Shown: positions 25,961 to 39,542 of the stretch, one piece after another
Layout: every line of letters begins with the position of its first letter
Numbering within the stretch: the stretch's first letter is position 1
Origin: the human T2T-CHM13v2.0 reference genome, Homo sapiens
Length of the DNA stretch: 64,000 nt
Reading direction: 5' to 3' (one strand)
Assembly (NCBI RefSeq): GCF_009914755.1
Contig: NC_060926.1
Program-made: the position numbers and the translations under genes
Notes under the pieces: model-generated
The model's input: only the letters and a program-made list of their open reading frames with translations
Databases searched by the model: none
Told to the model about the DNA's origin: nothing

Positions 25961-27459
25961 AATTTAAAAGTGTTACCAAATACTAAAAATGTAAAAATAG
26001 TTTTAGATTTATAACTTATGATAAGTGACAATACCACTGTAGGGAGAGCAATCAGATCTCTAGATATTCTCTGGTGCAGGGCAGCTCAGCCTCTGTTCTC
26101 TGTACAGAGCATCTAAGCTAAAATTCCCATTTCCCTCTGACTCCAGCAATTGGTGATGCCTTCATGAATTTCATAGCATGGGCCATAGCTCAATAGGCTG
26201 TTACTTCAAGAGGCCACTTCCGACCATCACCTGAGACCAGAAGGAGTGAGCTGTCCCTAATTTCATATGCTTGTATGATCTGTTTTATCAACAAGGACCC
26301 TCCCTACCATTCTTGAATGGAAGGCATCAGATACATTGCCTCCAAAAGGGTCAGGTTATTGCTGCTTTTCAAATTTATTTATCATACACCTTAATGAGAA
26401 CCCTGGTCACTGCACAAGCATCTGCAAGGGACCATGGCAAAAGCTGAAAGTACAAAACAGGATGTTCAAACCCATTCCTGCTTTCTTTGAGGTAAATATT
26501 AATAACATAGTTACTGCCTTTAAAAAACAAAAATCGAGGACAAATGATCAATCAGACAGACATGGGTACTACAGATGTAAACTGGGACTGACACTGATCT
26601 TATATGAGCTCTGTCATACATGGTTAGTAGTCTCAAGTGATGGTCCTACCAAAAAAAACACTATTCAACTCATGGAAAAAGTTTCCTCATGCATCCTACA
26701 AATGTTGTTAAGTTCTATTGTATGAGAAAAAGCTTTCTTGTTCACAGAGGTAAACATTTTGGCAAGGCCATCCAGTATGACAGTTTAAGGTTTACTGTGG
26801 CCTGAAATTTCAAAATGCCCCCAAATTCTGTATTATGAGGTGGAGATAAGTGAAGACAGTAGCAGAAACTCAGGAACTGCTACTTAGGTGTGCTGAATAA
26901 CTGGTACATCAGATTTTCTTTTCGCAACACCTCTAAGTTTATAACCTAGATTTCCGGAAACATTTTAAATCAACAAGTATACTCTTGCTTAAACAATTAC
27001 CATCTATCAAATTTCTTTAAGTGTTTATGTTATAAAACAAAAACATTTGTCACAAAACCCCTAATGCTAATATGTAATTTCATAAAATGTTAATTATCAT
27101 CCATGATAAAACTTTTAACTCCTAACTTGATAAGAGCTTATAATGAATCTTTAACTCACATTACTTACACAGATCAAGATTCCATCGAGGTAACTGACGA
27201 ATGTGAGTCAATAGTTTTAGACTGAAAAAATAATGTTCCAAAATTCATATGTTTATTCAATAATAAAATGATAAGTTCCCATTATATGCAAGACCTATGC
27301 TAAGGGTTTCAGGTATATTCTGATGAATAAGATATGGTTTTATCCATGAGAGGTTTATTATCACCTTAAGAATTTACAGCAGCACTTTAAATCACCCAGG
27401 GCCCTGTTCTCACATAAATTTCTTTGATAGGCATCAAAAATAAAGGAGATCTACTAAGC

Positions 27460-28375
27460 TGTATATATGACCAGTAAATAATCTGAAATTGAAATTAAGA
27501 ATACCATTCCATTCACAATAGCATACAAAAAGAATAAAACACTTGGGAATATATTTGATGAAAGAAGTATAATACTCATACATGGAAAGTATAACACTTT
27601 GCTGAGGAGAAAATAAATATCTAAACAAATGGAGAGACACTTCATGTTTATGGATTGGAAAACTCACTATTGTTAACATTGTAATTTTCCCCCAGATTGA
27701 TCTATAGATTCAATGCAACCTTATCAAAATTCCAATGGTCATTTTTGTAGCAATTGAAAATCAGATCCTAAAATTTACATGGCAATGCAAAGCTAGAATA
27801 GCCAAAATAATTTAGAAAAAGAACAAAGTTGGAGATATTTCACTTTCCAATTTCAAAACTTACTACAAAGTTATAGTCATTAAGACAGTGCGATATTGGC
27901 ATAAGATAGACATATATAGATAAATGGAGCAAAATTGAGAGTCCAAAAATAAACCTTTATGTATATAGTTGATAGGGTTTTGCTATGTCCCCACCCAAAT
28001 CTCATATTGAATTGTAGTTCCCATAATTCCCACAGGTTGTGGGAGGGACGAGGTGGGAGGTAATTTAATCATGGGGGCAGTTACCCTCATACTGTTCTTG
28101 TGATAGTGAGTGAGTTCTCATGTCTGGTGATTTTATAAGGGGCTTTTCCCCCTTTTGCTCAGCACTTCTTCTCTCCCTTACCACCATGTGAAGAAGGATG
28201 TGTTTGCTTCCCCTTCCACAATGATTGTAAGTTTCCTAAGGCCTCCCCAGCTATGCTGAACAGTAAGCCAATTAAACCTCCTTCCTTTATAAATTACCCA
28301 GTCTTGCATATGTCCTTATAGCATCGTGAGAACAGACTCATAAAACAGTCAATTTAGTTTTGACAAAGGTGCTAT
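27460..28375 (+). mobile_element. L1M ORF2 fragment interrupted by a THE1C LTR
   Basis: L1 RT C-terminal-like sequence (CCATTCACAATAGCA, TATAGATTCAATGCAA, AAAGAACAAAGTTGGAG). Confidence 0.8.
27970..28344 (+). mobile_element. Solo THE1C-like LTR
   Basis: TGATAGGGTTTTGCTATGTCCCCACCCAAATCTCA... with near-TSD ATAGT/ACAGT. Confidence 0.88.
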
Positions 28376-29458
28376 TTCCAGTGTTTTTAAAGTGTTCATA
28401 ACTTTTCTAGGCTCAGTTTGTGTTACAAATTGAATGCAGAACCTGCCATGCCTCCGTACTTTAAAAATACAGAACCCAAAATATTATGACCCCTTGAAAA
28501 GCTAATAGAATATGTTCTACTGATCTCCTACTTAAGAATTATTCAATAAAGTCAGAGATTATTTGCACTTAGAAAGTAAATTCACTATATCACATTTTAG
28601 TTATAAGTGTGTACGACAGATGATTTCTTGATGCATAGCCACTTAGCCACTCACAAAAAGACCTCCCTAATCCCTTTCTAAAGCACACTGATCTACCCAT
28701 GGAATGTTGAGTGCTCAAAGTCTGTAAGACTCTCACATAAGCATGTGCATATATGTTCCCATCCATTATATCACATGTTTATCCAAAGCCTGCAGTTTAC
28801 TTCCATAGCATTATTGCAATTACATTATTTAATTAAATATTATCAGTGAGTCCACTAAATGGTGAATAACTGCCAAAAATTCTTTTTTCCAAAAAAGTAA
28901 TGAAAATGCTAAAAAAAGATCAGAATCAACTTTTTTATAACTCTGAAAATTAAAGTTTTACAGCAATTCAGGGTGCACTTACTGGGAAAAAAAATGTTAA
29001 ATCACAGTAAAAAGAGAGATCTTTGTGACATTTTAATTTGTTCTATTTCCACTTCTTTCTCTTTCACTCTGTAATAGCCTTAAAAACCAACAGCAAACAA
29101 CCATGGTAAAAACCAATAGCCTGGAAGCCAATGGAAGGGGCAGAACGGGTCACAGCTCTTTCAAAGTTCCATTCTCAGAGAATGGGCATTATTTGACGTA
29201 TCTAGTGAATCTCTAGAAGATCTCACTCACAAGCTTTATTTGACCTGACCTGACTCAGAGCTCATCTTGTGCAAACAGCCTTTTCCCCAGGAACGTTTGT
29301 CAAAAATAAGCACAGACAATTGTTCAACATTGCAGCTGCCTGAGATATTGAATAAGAGTTGGGACTTAATGATGTACTTTAATTCCTGTAAGCTTTCTTT
29401 ACCCCATTCTTTTTTTCTTTTTGTTCCTCTGACTGGGCAGTTTCAAATGACCTATCTT

Positions 29459-30690
<1,232 letters not shown>

Positions 30691-30699
30691 GGAGTTTAA

Positions 30700-31545
30700 C
30701 ACCACAATGAGCTATCACTTCTCGTCTGTTAGAATGGCTATTATCAAAAAATAAAATCAGAAATAACAAGTGGTGGAGAGGATGTAGAGAAAAGGAAACT
30801 TTGTACACTGTTGATGGGAATGTAAATTAGTATGTATGCCCATTATGAAAACAGTATAGAGTTTCCTCAAAAAACTAAAAATAGAACTACCCTATGATCC
30901 AGCTATCCCATTACTGGGCATATATCCAAAGGAAATAAAAATCAGTATGTCAAAGAGATATCTGCACTCCCATGTTCAATGCAACATTATTCACAACAGC
31001 CAATATATCAACCTAAGTATCAATCAACAAATGGATAGATTTTTTAAATGTGTGTATATCCACAGTGAAGGAAGTCCTCTCATTTGTGACAACATGGGTT
31101 AACCTGGAGGACATTATGCCAAGGGAAATAAGCCAAGCACAGAAAGACAAATGATCTCACTTCTATATGAAATCTAAAAGTCAAATTTATAGAAGCAGAG
31201 ATTAGAGTGGTGGTTATTAGGGGCTGCAGGGGGCGACTGAGGATAGAGATTGGGGAGATGTTGGCCAAAGGATTCAGAACTTCAGTTAGGAGGAATTATT
31301 TCAAAGAGATCTATTGTACAATACTACAATGACTATAGTTATTAAAAATCTATTGCATACTCGAAAATTGCTGAGAGTAGATTTTAAGTATTCTCACCAC
31401 ACACACACAAAATGTGAGGTAATGCATATGTTCATTATTTTGAATTAGTCATTCCACAATGTATACATATTTCAAGACCCTGTGTTGTATACCGTAAAAA
31501 TATACAACCTGTATTTGTCTAACTAAAGATTAATTTTATTTAAAA
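30700..31545 (+). mobile_element. L1MA-type 3' end
   Basis: ORF2 C-terminus/3'UTR motifs (AGAACTACCCTATGATCCAGC, GAGATATCTGCACTCCCATG, TTCTCACCAC). Confidence 0.82.
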
Positions 31546-31774
31546 GATTTGAGACAAACAATAGACTAATCAAAAAGCTTACAAGGAAAAGCTGGGAAGG
31601 AGATATCCATAGGGGCCTTTGAAAAGACTCCTGGGAACTAGAAGTTCATGTGCCTGTGTAGGTCATCCCAATTGCCTGAACTTCTGCTGTAATTATTGCC
31701 AAACCACATCATTTTAAAATTATATGGAAGCACATATGACAATTATGTTAGTTTCATCTCTCCAACATTATATT

Positions 31775-32465
31775 AACATCTAATTTTTGTGTACCACTGA
31801 CTATGCTCCAGGAACTGTTGTAAGTGCTTTAGATGTGTTGACTCATTCTCATAGGTTAAACATTATTGTTACTCTCATTTTACATAGGAGAAAACTGAAG
31901 CTTAGAGTTTTTAAAATCTCAAGGCCAAAAAGCTATGAAGTTTTGGAACTGGGATTCAAATGCCAGTCTTTCAGCTCAAGAGGCCATTCTTCTGAACACC
32001 AAGGTATATCTCCTCTAGCTTGGCCTCTAGCTTATAGAAAGGGCAAAGGCTTTGGAGTCAAAGACTTGTGGATATGCCACTTTCTAACTTGGGGAAATCA
32101 TTTTATCCCTCTGAGGGGTCAGGCTGATGCTACCACCTATTTCATTAAGATATTACAAAAATTAAATCCGAGTGTGAATAGAAATATACTTTGTGTATTG
32201 AAAAGTGCTAATAAAAAAAATTCACTCATTAAATACCTGGATCATGGGGAAGGTAAGAAAAACTGTATGGTAGAGCAGAGTTAGTAAGACCTGAGTTTGA
32301 TTCTGACTTGAACAGTTGCTATTTCTGAGACCTTGGGCAAATCATTTCATCTGTATGGGTCTTAGTTTTGGCATATATAAACAAATGCACCTCTGAGTTC
32401 TGAGGGTTAACAAGAAAAAATAAACAAAACACCTGACAAATACAGCAAACTCAATAAATACCATG
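31775..32465. mobile_element. Cluster of MIR fragments in both orientations
   Basis: MIR cores CATTTTACATAGGAGAAAACTGAAGCTTAGAG and GACCTTGGGCAAATCATTT. Confidence 0.65.
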
Positions 32466-32594
32466 TCCCTTCCTACTCTCTTTCAATGTCACAGAGCAAT
32501 GCCCTATTTCCACTCACTTAGCTTTTCTACCTAAACTTGTCAGCTTCTGACATATTACTTACTGATTTGTTTCTCTATTTTGTTTATTTTCTGT

Positions 32595-32705
32595 CACAGG
32601 TAAACCCCTTGAGAGCCAGAGCTTGTGTTTTTCTTTACTGCTGTATTCCTAACACCTAGAACACTATCTAGAAAATAATAAGTGTTCAGTAAATATTTAT
32701 TGAAG
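32595..32705 (+). mobile_element. L2 3' end
   Basis: ACTGCTGTATTCCTAACACCTAGAACA...TCAGTAAATATTTATTGAA. Confidence 0.7.
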
Positions 32706-33315
32706 GACCCATTATTATTATTTATTATTATCATTATTATGATCAGTGTCATGGGCTATATAACTGCAATAACAGCACAATATGAGGCAAATATTAATTA
32801 AGTAGCATTAAAGTGTATAATATGCTCTCAATCCAGTTTTCTTGAAAATTAATTTTCAGAGTACCTGAATCAGACTCATTTTTGGTACTCATTACATCAG
32901 AATTGCCAAATCAAAAGAGAGTTATTCCAAGAATTTAACCTTTAAATATATTTCACCTTTTCTTCCTTCTGTTTTCATATAATCCAGAGTCTTGTTTACC
33001 AACCATTTGAACATTCTACTACTTAAAGTAGTATAAAGTTTTGTTATAATTTGGATGAGGCGAAGATAAGGCTAAGGAGAAGATAAATTTTAAATTCAAA
33101 GGTTGGCTCTGAAATTAATTTTATTTTCTTAACTATGTGTACATGGATTAAAGCCAGAAAAAAAATTTATAACCCAGTTGCCATATATCTGAAGTCCAAA
33201 TATTTTCTCTGGCCCAGAACATTTGTCATAATTTTTATGAAATGATTTTTCTAATTTTTTTCTCACTTCACTGTTTTTAAGACAACTTTGGATAACATGA
33301 ATTCATTAGAGTTTA

Positions 33316-33678
<363 letters not shown>

Positions 33679-36404
33679 AAGAAAGATAAACTTTCACAAT
33701 CAGAAAATAGAAAATACGGCATTCAAGCAACTGCCTCATTCTCATCCTAAACGATTTCACTGCACTGTGGACCTACACTAGGTTAAATACGGTTACAATT
33801 TCAAAACTGCAGCAGCAGTCAAGGCCACCCAGCTACTCCAGAGTTCAGCCTCAGCAGGAAGGGTATTCAAACCCACTCGCACACTAGGTCTTTAGCTCTA
33901 AGTACAGTGTCAGTTTAAACTCCAGTTCTTATATGTTCTGGAGGTCAGAATTTGGAAATGTTTATCTTTACGTAGATTATATAATTTACTCAACTAAATC
34001 TTAAGCACAAATAGTTTTATACTGTGATCTACCTCTTGTCTACCTGCTCTTAAAGCTGGGCAGAGGGATGAGTGAAGAGATCATGGGAACAAGTAGCCCC
34101 AAATATTAATAACACCTGGAAAAGGATCCACAATAAGGGGAGTAGAGGGTGGTCAAGGGAAGCCCCTGCCTGACTGCTTAGCCAATGTTTCTTTCCTTTC
34201 GCTCACTGACCATAATCTTGAGGCAGCACAGAAGTGAAAATCTGCAAACGATGCTGTTATATTGGAAGTGATTTCTCTAGCATCAATACTTCAGGTATAT
34301 CAAAAGGAATCAGCAAATGCCTTTCACAAATGGTAAAGAGAGGAGGCATCCAGAGCCAGGTGATGAAATAGATGCTTAGTCATGCCTATGAGACAGCTGG
34401 GTGAAACATGAAGACATCACTACTAGACGATAAATTTTTTTTTAGGAACATATATTAGAAGCCAGAATCTCTTCAAGAAAATGGGATATAGGACAATCAA
34501 TATTCTACTCTGAAAAAGAAAAAAAAACTCTTTATTCCTATGAAAGAATCATTAACTGTAACAGAACAACAACTCTGTGATAAACATCAAGTTTCATATC
34601 CACAGTAATGCACACACTTTCATGGTGTTCTCTGCAGCCTAAATTGTCTTTGTTCCAGTTGCTATTACTTAAATAAAGCGGTCATGGTCTCCCTGTCTCA
34701 AAAGACACTTAGAAGCCTGCAACACCACTGTCTTCAGCAGCCTGCCTCACCACTCCCAGAGGCAGCAGATGCCTAAACTAGAAGGATTATAGCGGCCTTT
34801 AATTTCTCTAATGACAGCACTTAGACCCTAATTGTCCAGGCAAATAATGCATGCTACAACCGTGGGAGCAAAGGCTCCTTTTGGTCTCTTTCCTCCCAGT
34901 GTTTTCCTGAAACCAAACTGAAAGAGGAGAGCATAGCAGTTATGCAAGGTGGACTTGCCCTGAAACAGAATAATGCCTTTCTGGGGTCATGACTGCCTTA
35001 AGGATACTTGATCACAGAATGGGAACAATTTTCTAAGTCCTGCAATTTAATTAAGCCTCATTAACCACTATATAACAGTCACCTGGCCACTGGTAACTAC
35101 GACTCTTAAAATCTAGTCTTTTAAAAATGCAGAACATTTCTATCTAAATATGTTCTTTAAAAATATAGAGCCAAAGTTTTCATAAGAGACAGGACCAGCA
35201 TAAAGACAAGAAAAGAAGAACATAAAGTACCATGTTTTTCAAGAAAAAGAAAATAAGGTCTGTTCCATTACATGTACAGACAAAGTGAAATTAATCAGAA
35301 AGAGAAATATCCCTGTGGACAAGGGTGCTTGTAAGAGATTCTATAGTAACAAATTTCTTATCCCCATTTCACAGATGTGTAAAATGAGATTACACAACTT
35401 GTTCAAGGTCACATAGCCTGTAAGTAAGGATTCAAATCCAAGGACTTGATTTCAAATTTCAGGACTATCTCTCCTGAAAATGGTAGGATTTGAACTAACT
35501 TTTGAACAAGTAAAGAATTTATAAAAGTTAAGAAATTAGCGGGGAAAAGAAAATAAACAGCAAAGCCACAGAAGTAGACTGGAATGTCTTGGAAGGATAA
35601 AATAAGGGGGATGGAACAACTTAAATGGAGGATTTAGCAAGAAATCAATTAGAAAACATGAGAACCAGAAGAGGACCTCGAGAGAGAAAAACGAAGAAAG
35701 CAGTAGTTTAGGGAAACTGATCTGATAGCTATGTGTTTGAAAATAATGCCCTTTGTTGAATACCTCCTATGTTTCAGACAAATATTATTTTACCCAACCT
35801 TCACAACTGATTTGGAAATACAAGTACTCTTATTATTATATTATATTATATCATATTATTATTATTACTTTTCTTTTCCTGACAGCAAAGCTTCTCTGGG
35901 TGTGGAAATCCCATAATATTTCTCTAAATCTAAGCACAAAAGTATAATATAACCAACACTCAGATAACAGGAAGCAGTAAAAGACCTTTTGTGTTCATAT
36001 TTTTCAACCCAACAATGATCTTCAGAAGAAAATTCTAGACAAAAATTGCATTTTTAAAATATAGAGCTTAAAACATCAAATTATGTGCCATTTTAAAGAA
36101 CTGTTGTTCACAAATCTACATGTATTTAGTATGCAATCACAAAACTGTGTGAACAAATTGATTTTATAAATAGAAGCTGATTAAATAGTGTAATTAGCTT
36201 GGAGTGGATAAGTACTTAATGAAGGATCTTATTCTAAGCATACTCTTTGAGGAGAAAAAACTAATTGTCGTAAGAATTGAACCAAATCTTGTTCATATTA
36301 GCGTTTTAGATCAATTCAATTCAATAAATATTTACAGAAGACCTACTATGCTAAGTATTTTTTAGTCTTCGGAACCGTCAGTCCCTCCAACAGTCCCTCC
36401 AACA

Positions 36405-36900
36405 CTAATGTTTATGTTTTGTACCTTATCGGCTGCCACCCCCTTCCTGTCTTTGCAAAGTGTTTAGACTAGGGTATACCTGGCTTAAGCCGATCCTTAG
36501 CTTGCCCTGTAACCTATAACAAATTATGGCCTGGCTCAAAAATAGAAGCTTTATGAATCCCCTGCTGGCCTATTTGAACTAAGAGACTACAGAAAGTTGC
36601 TCAATAGTGATGAAAGCTGAAAGACCTAGATCATGTACAGTCCATCCTAGAACAGTGTGGGCATTTGTGTCACCAGATTTAGAGGAACTGCTCTGACAGA
36701 GAGAATATGAGATAGAAATGGGATAGGCCATGCATCCCCTGAGGGAGAAGCAGATGAAAACGCTGTGTTTCTAATGTCTTCTCAGTTCTAGTTCCCAGGA
36801 GTCTTATACATACTCTATGCCTGTATTTAGATATCACTGGTTGTCTTCACCATAACCTCTGTTGGGTGCTTTTCAGTGTTTCTCTGTTCCCTTTCTTAGG
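36405..36900. mobile_element. Probable ancient ERVL-type LTR (LTR33-like)
   Basis: Weak resemblance in composition and motifs only. Confidence 0.3.
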
Positions 36901-37888
36901 CAAAATATCCTTGATACCTGCTGTGATTCAGCCTCTGAACTGTCATTCCAAGAGTTCAAAGATGACTTGGAAAGTCCCTTTTTTTAAAAATCTTGCAACC
37001 AGTTGGATAATAAATACAGGTATATTTCAAATATAACACAAAACAGACCATATATAAGAGTACAAATACAATAAAAGAACAAACGAAAGAATGTCTGGTT
37101 CAAATTAGTTGTATTGAGAAGGCTTCTTGAAGAAGGTTAAATTTTCAATGGCTCTTAAATAATGTTAGAGTTTCCAAATTAAGGAAAGTGGAGAATTATA
37201 TTCTAATGCAAGGAAACAGTGTTAGCAAACATGATCTGAAATGACTTTACTAGGCAATGCATGTAGAATGAGAGAATTTAAGAGGAGATAAACATGGCAC
37301 ATCCCATAGAATTTGGAAATTATTGTGTAGCCCATGGAGACTTTTATTTAGCGAAATTATGTTATTAACATAAGGCTGTAAAAAGCTTAAAATTTAGTAT
37401 TTAGTATTCACTAGGAGTGGAGGAAGTCAAGACACCAGTTATTAGGCTAACTGATTATAGTAGGCCTGATTCTAGAAGTATTTAGAAGACCTAAAAGTTA
37501 TTTTCTGGATTATATGTATAAGCAAAATTCAAGGAAATCTGTTTACTAGGACAAGGTTCCACAAGTCTCAGGAGAAAAGGTTGGAAAAGGAAGAGGATGT
37601 GCCAGGAGGAGAGGAAGGGCAAGGCAGTGCAATATTTAAAGTCTGTGAGAAAATAGAAACTGAGAATGGCAGCCAAGGACAACAGAGTTGAGAAGCAGAG
37701 TGAAATTAATTAGCCTTAAGGGTCCAAAGGAATTCAGTTGTAAAGTAATTGCAGTGGTTTACGTTTATAGCAGAGGAACAATTTTGGAACCCACAAAAAT
37801 TATCAGTGTATCAGGGTGACTCAGTTTGGTCAGTGAGTAATCAGACCCATGAAAAGCAAATGACTGCATTGGCTATTTAGAACTCACC

Positions 37889-38200
37889 GGCCGGGTGCGG
37901 TGGCTCACGCCTGCAATCCCAGCACTTTGGGAGGCCGAGGCAGGCAGATCACGAGGTCTGCAGATCGAGACCATTCTAGCTAACACAGTGAAACCCGGTC
38001 TCTAGTAAAAATACAAAAAATTAGCCAAACGTGGTGGCAGGCGCCTGTAGTCCCAGCTACTCGGGAGACTGAGGCAGAAGAATGTCGTGAACCCAGGAGG
38101 CGGAGCATGCAGTGAGCCAAATCGCACCACTGCACTCCAGCCTAGCAACAGGCTGAGACTCTGTCCCAAAAATAAATAAATAAATAAATAAATAAAAACA
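37889..38200 (+). mobile_element. AluY-like with (AAAT)n tail
   Basis: GATCACGAGGTC..GATCGAGACCAT..GCTAACAC, with TSD TAGAACTCAC (37878-37887 / 38201-38210). Confidence 0.93.
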
Positions 38201-39164
38201 TAGAACTCACTTTAGCTATATTTCTTGATCCTGGGAAAATCCCTGCACAACCTAACTCCTTTGAAGGATATCAAAACCATACTATAATAAATATGAGACA
38301 TTTATATTTCTGAAAAGGCACTAATGCCTTTAAAGTGAAAAGTGTTATTCTTTTTCCCCTTAGTAGACCATGATAAATTGTATTAAAAATTGCAAATACT
38401 CTAGCAATCTAAAATTTAAAATATCAATCTAGATATCATATTATTTATGAAGCAATCACTAGAAATCACTTGACCTCTTTCTGCCTTTTCCAAGTGGCTT
38501 GAACAATCACTTGGTACATGGTAGTGCTTAACTTACTTAGAAATTATTCAACTAAGTATATTTATATGCTCTAGGCTATGAGGAGTCGGGCATTGATAAG
38601 GGAGTTAGCCATTAAAAGATACATTCCTTTATTGTCTCCTCATTCATTATTTTGTTCTCAGATAAAACAGTAATCTCCTACAAAACAATCCTATGTATGA
38701 ACTGAAGCATTGTTTTCTTTCAGGGGTGGAGGATGAGAGGAAGACTGTCAGCATGTTGTTCTTGATATTTTACATTATTTGGAAAACTATGTTCACTCAT
38801 TGAAAAACATTTGAACTAACATATAATGTAGATTATTAAGAATTTGATGAACCAAGAGTATTGAATAGCCTGGGTATTTAAAATAAAAATAATGAATCAA
38901 AATAGGGAAAGAAACCCCAATCATAACAAAATAAAGGAATGGTAAAAGTCCCATACTATGAAAAATACCTGCCTACTAAATCAAATATCTTTAGCTGACT
39001 ACAAATATCACAAAGTACCATATATCTTATATGAGAGTTATATGAACATTCTGCCTAACAGTATTACATTTAGAAAACTGGGATGAGAAAAAGAGACTGT
39101 GAGTATTGACCATGGGCAAAGTAGAAAGCACAGTGTCAATGGGCATGCAAGTAACTTGATACAG

Positions 39165-39390
39165 CTGAGGAGATACCAGTTTTCAAATCAGAGTTAAGCT
39201 ATAAACTCCCCTTCTTGTTAGCTGCATAAAATTCAAGAAAGTACTTAATCTCTCAAGTTTCCATTTCTACTTATGTAAAGTCAAAACTAGGAGTACTAAT
39301 ATCTATCTCACAGTGTTATTTTAAAGATCATATGAAATAGATACTGCTGGAAATTCCTTGTATAGAGTGAGTACTCAAACATACTGGTTC
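39165..39390 (+). mobile_element. MIR
   Basis: ACTTAATCTCTC..GTTTCCATTTCTAC..TGTAAA...ATCTCACAG core. Confidence 0.55.
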
Positions 39391-39542
39391 CCAATTTCTT
39401 ACATCTACAGCATCATCACTTGGCCTTCTAGGGTCAGGCCTACAATAATCACCCTATAGAGCTGGGTAATTTTAACTACGGAGAATCAACTCAAAACTTG
39501 TATATTTTCCACAAGCCCTCCTTAAAATCTATGATATGAAGT

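Noticed and set aside
26336-26725. 129-aa ORF
   Set aside because: Non-ATG start, no splice or domain support; likely chance.
31787-32284. 165-aa ORF
   Set aside because: It overlaps MIR fragments, has a non-ATG start and no recognisable domain.
38724-38803. Plus-strand acceptor ttgttttctttcag followed by short frames
   Set aside because: All frames close quickly and no convincing donor follows.
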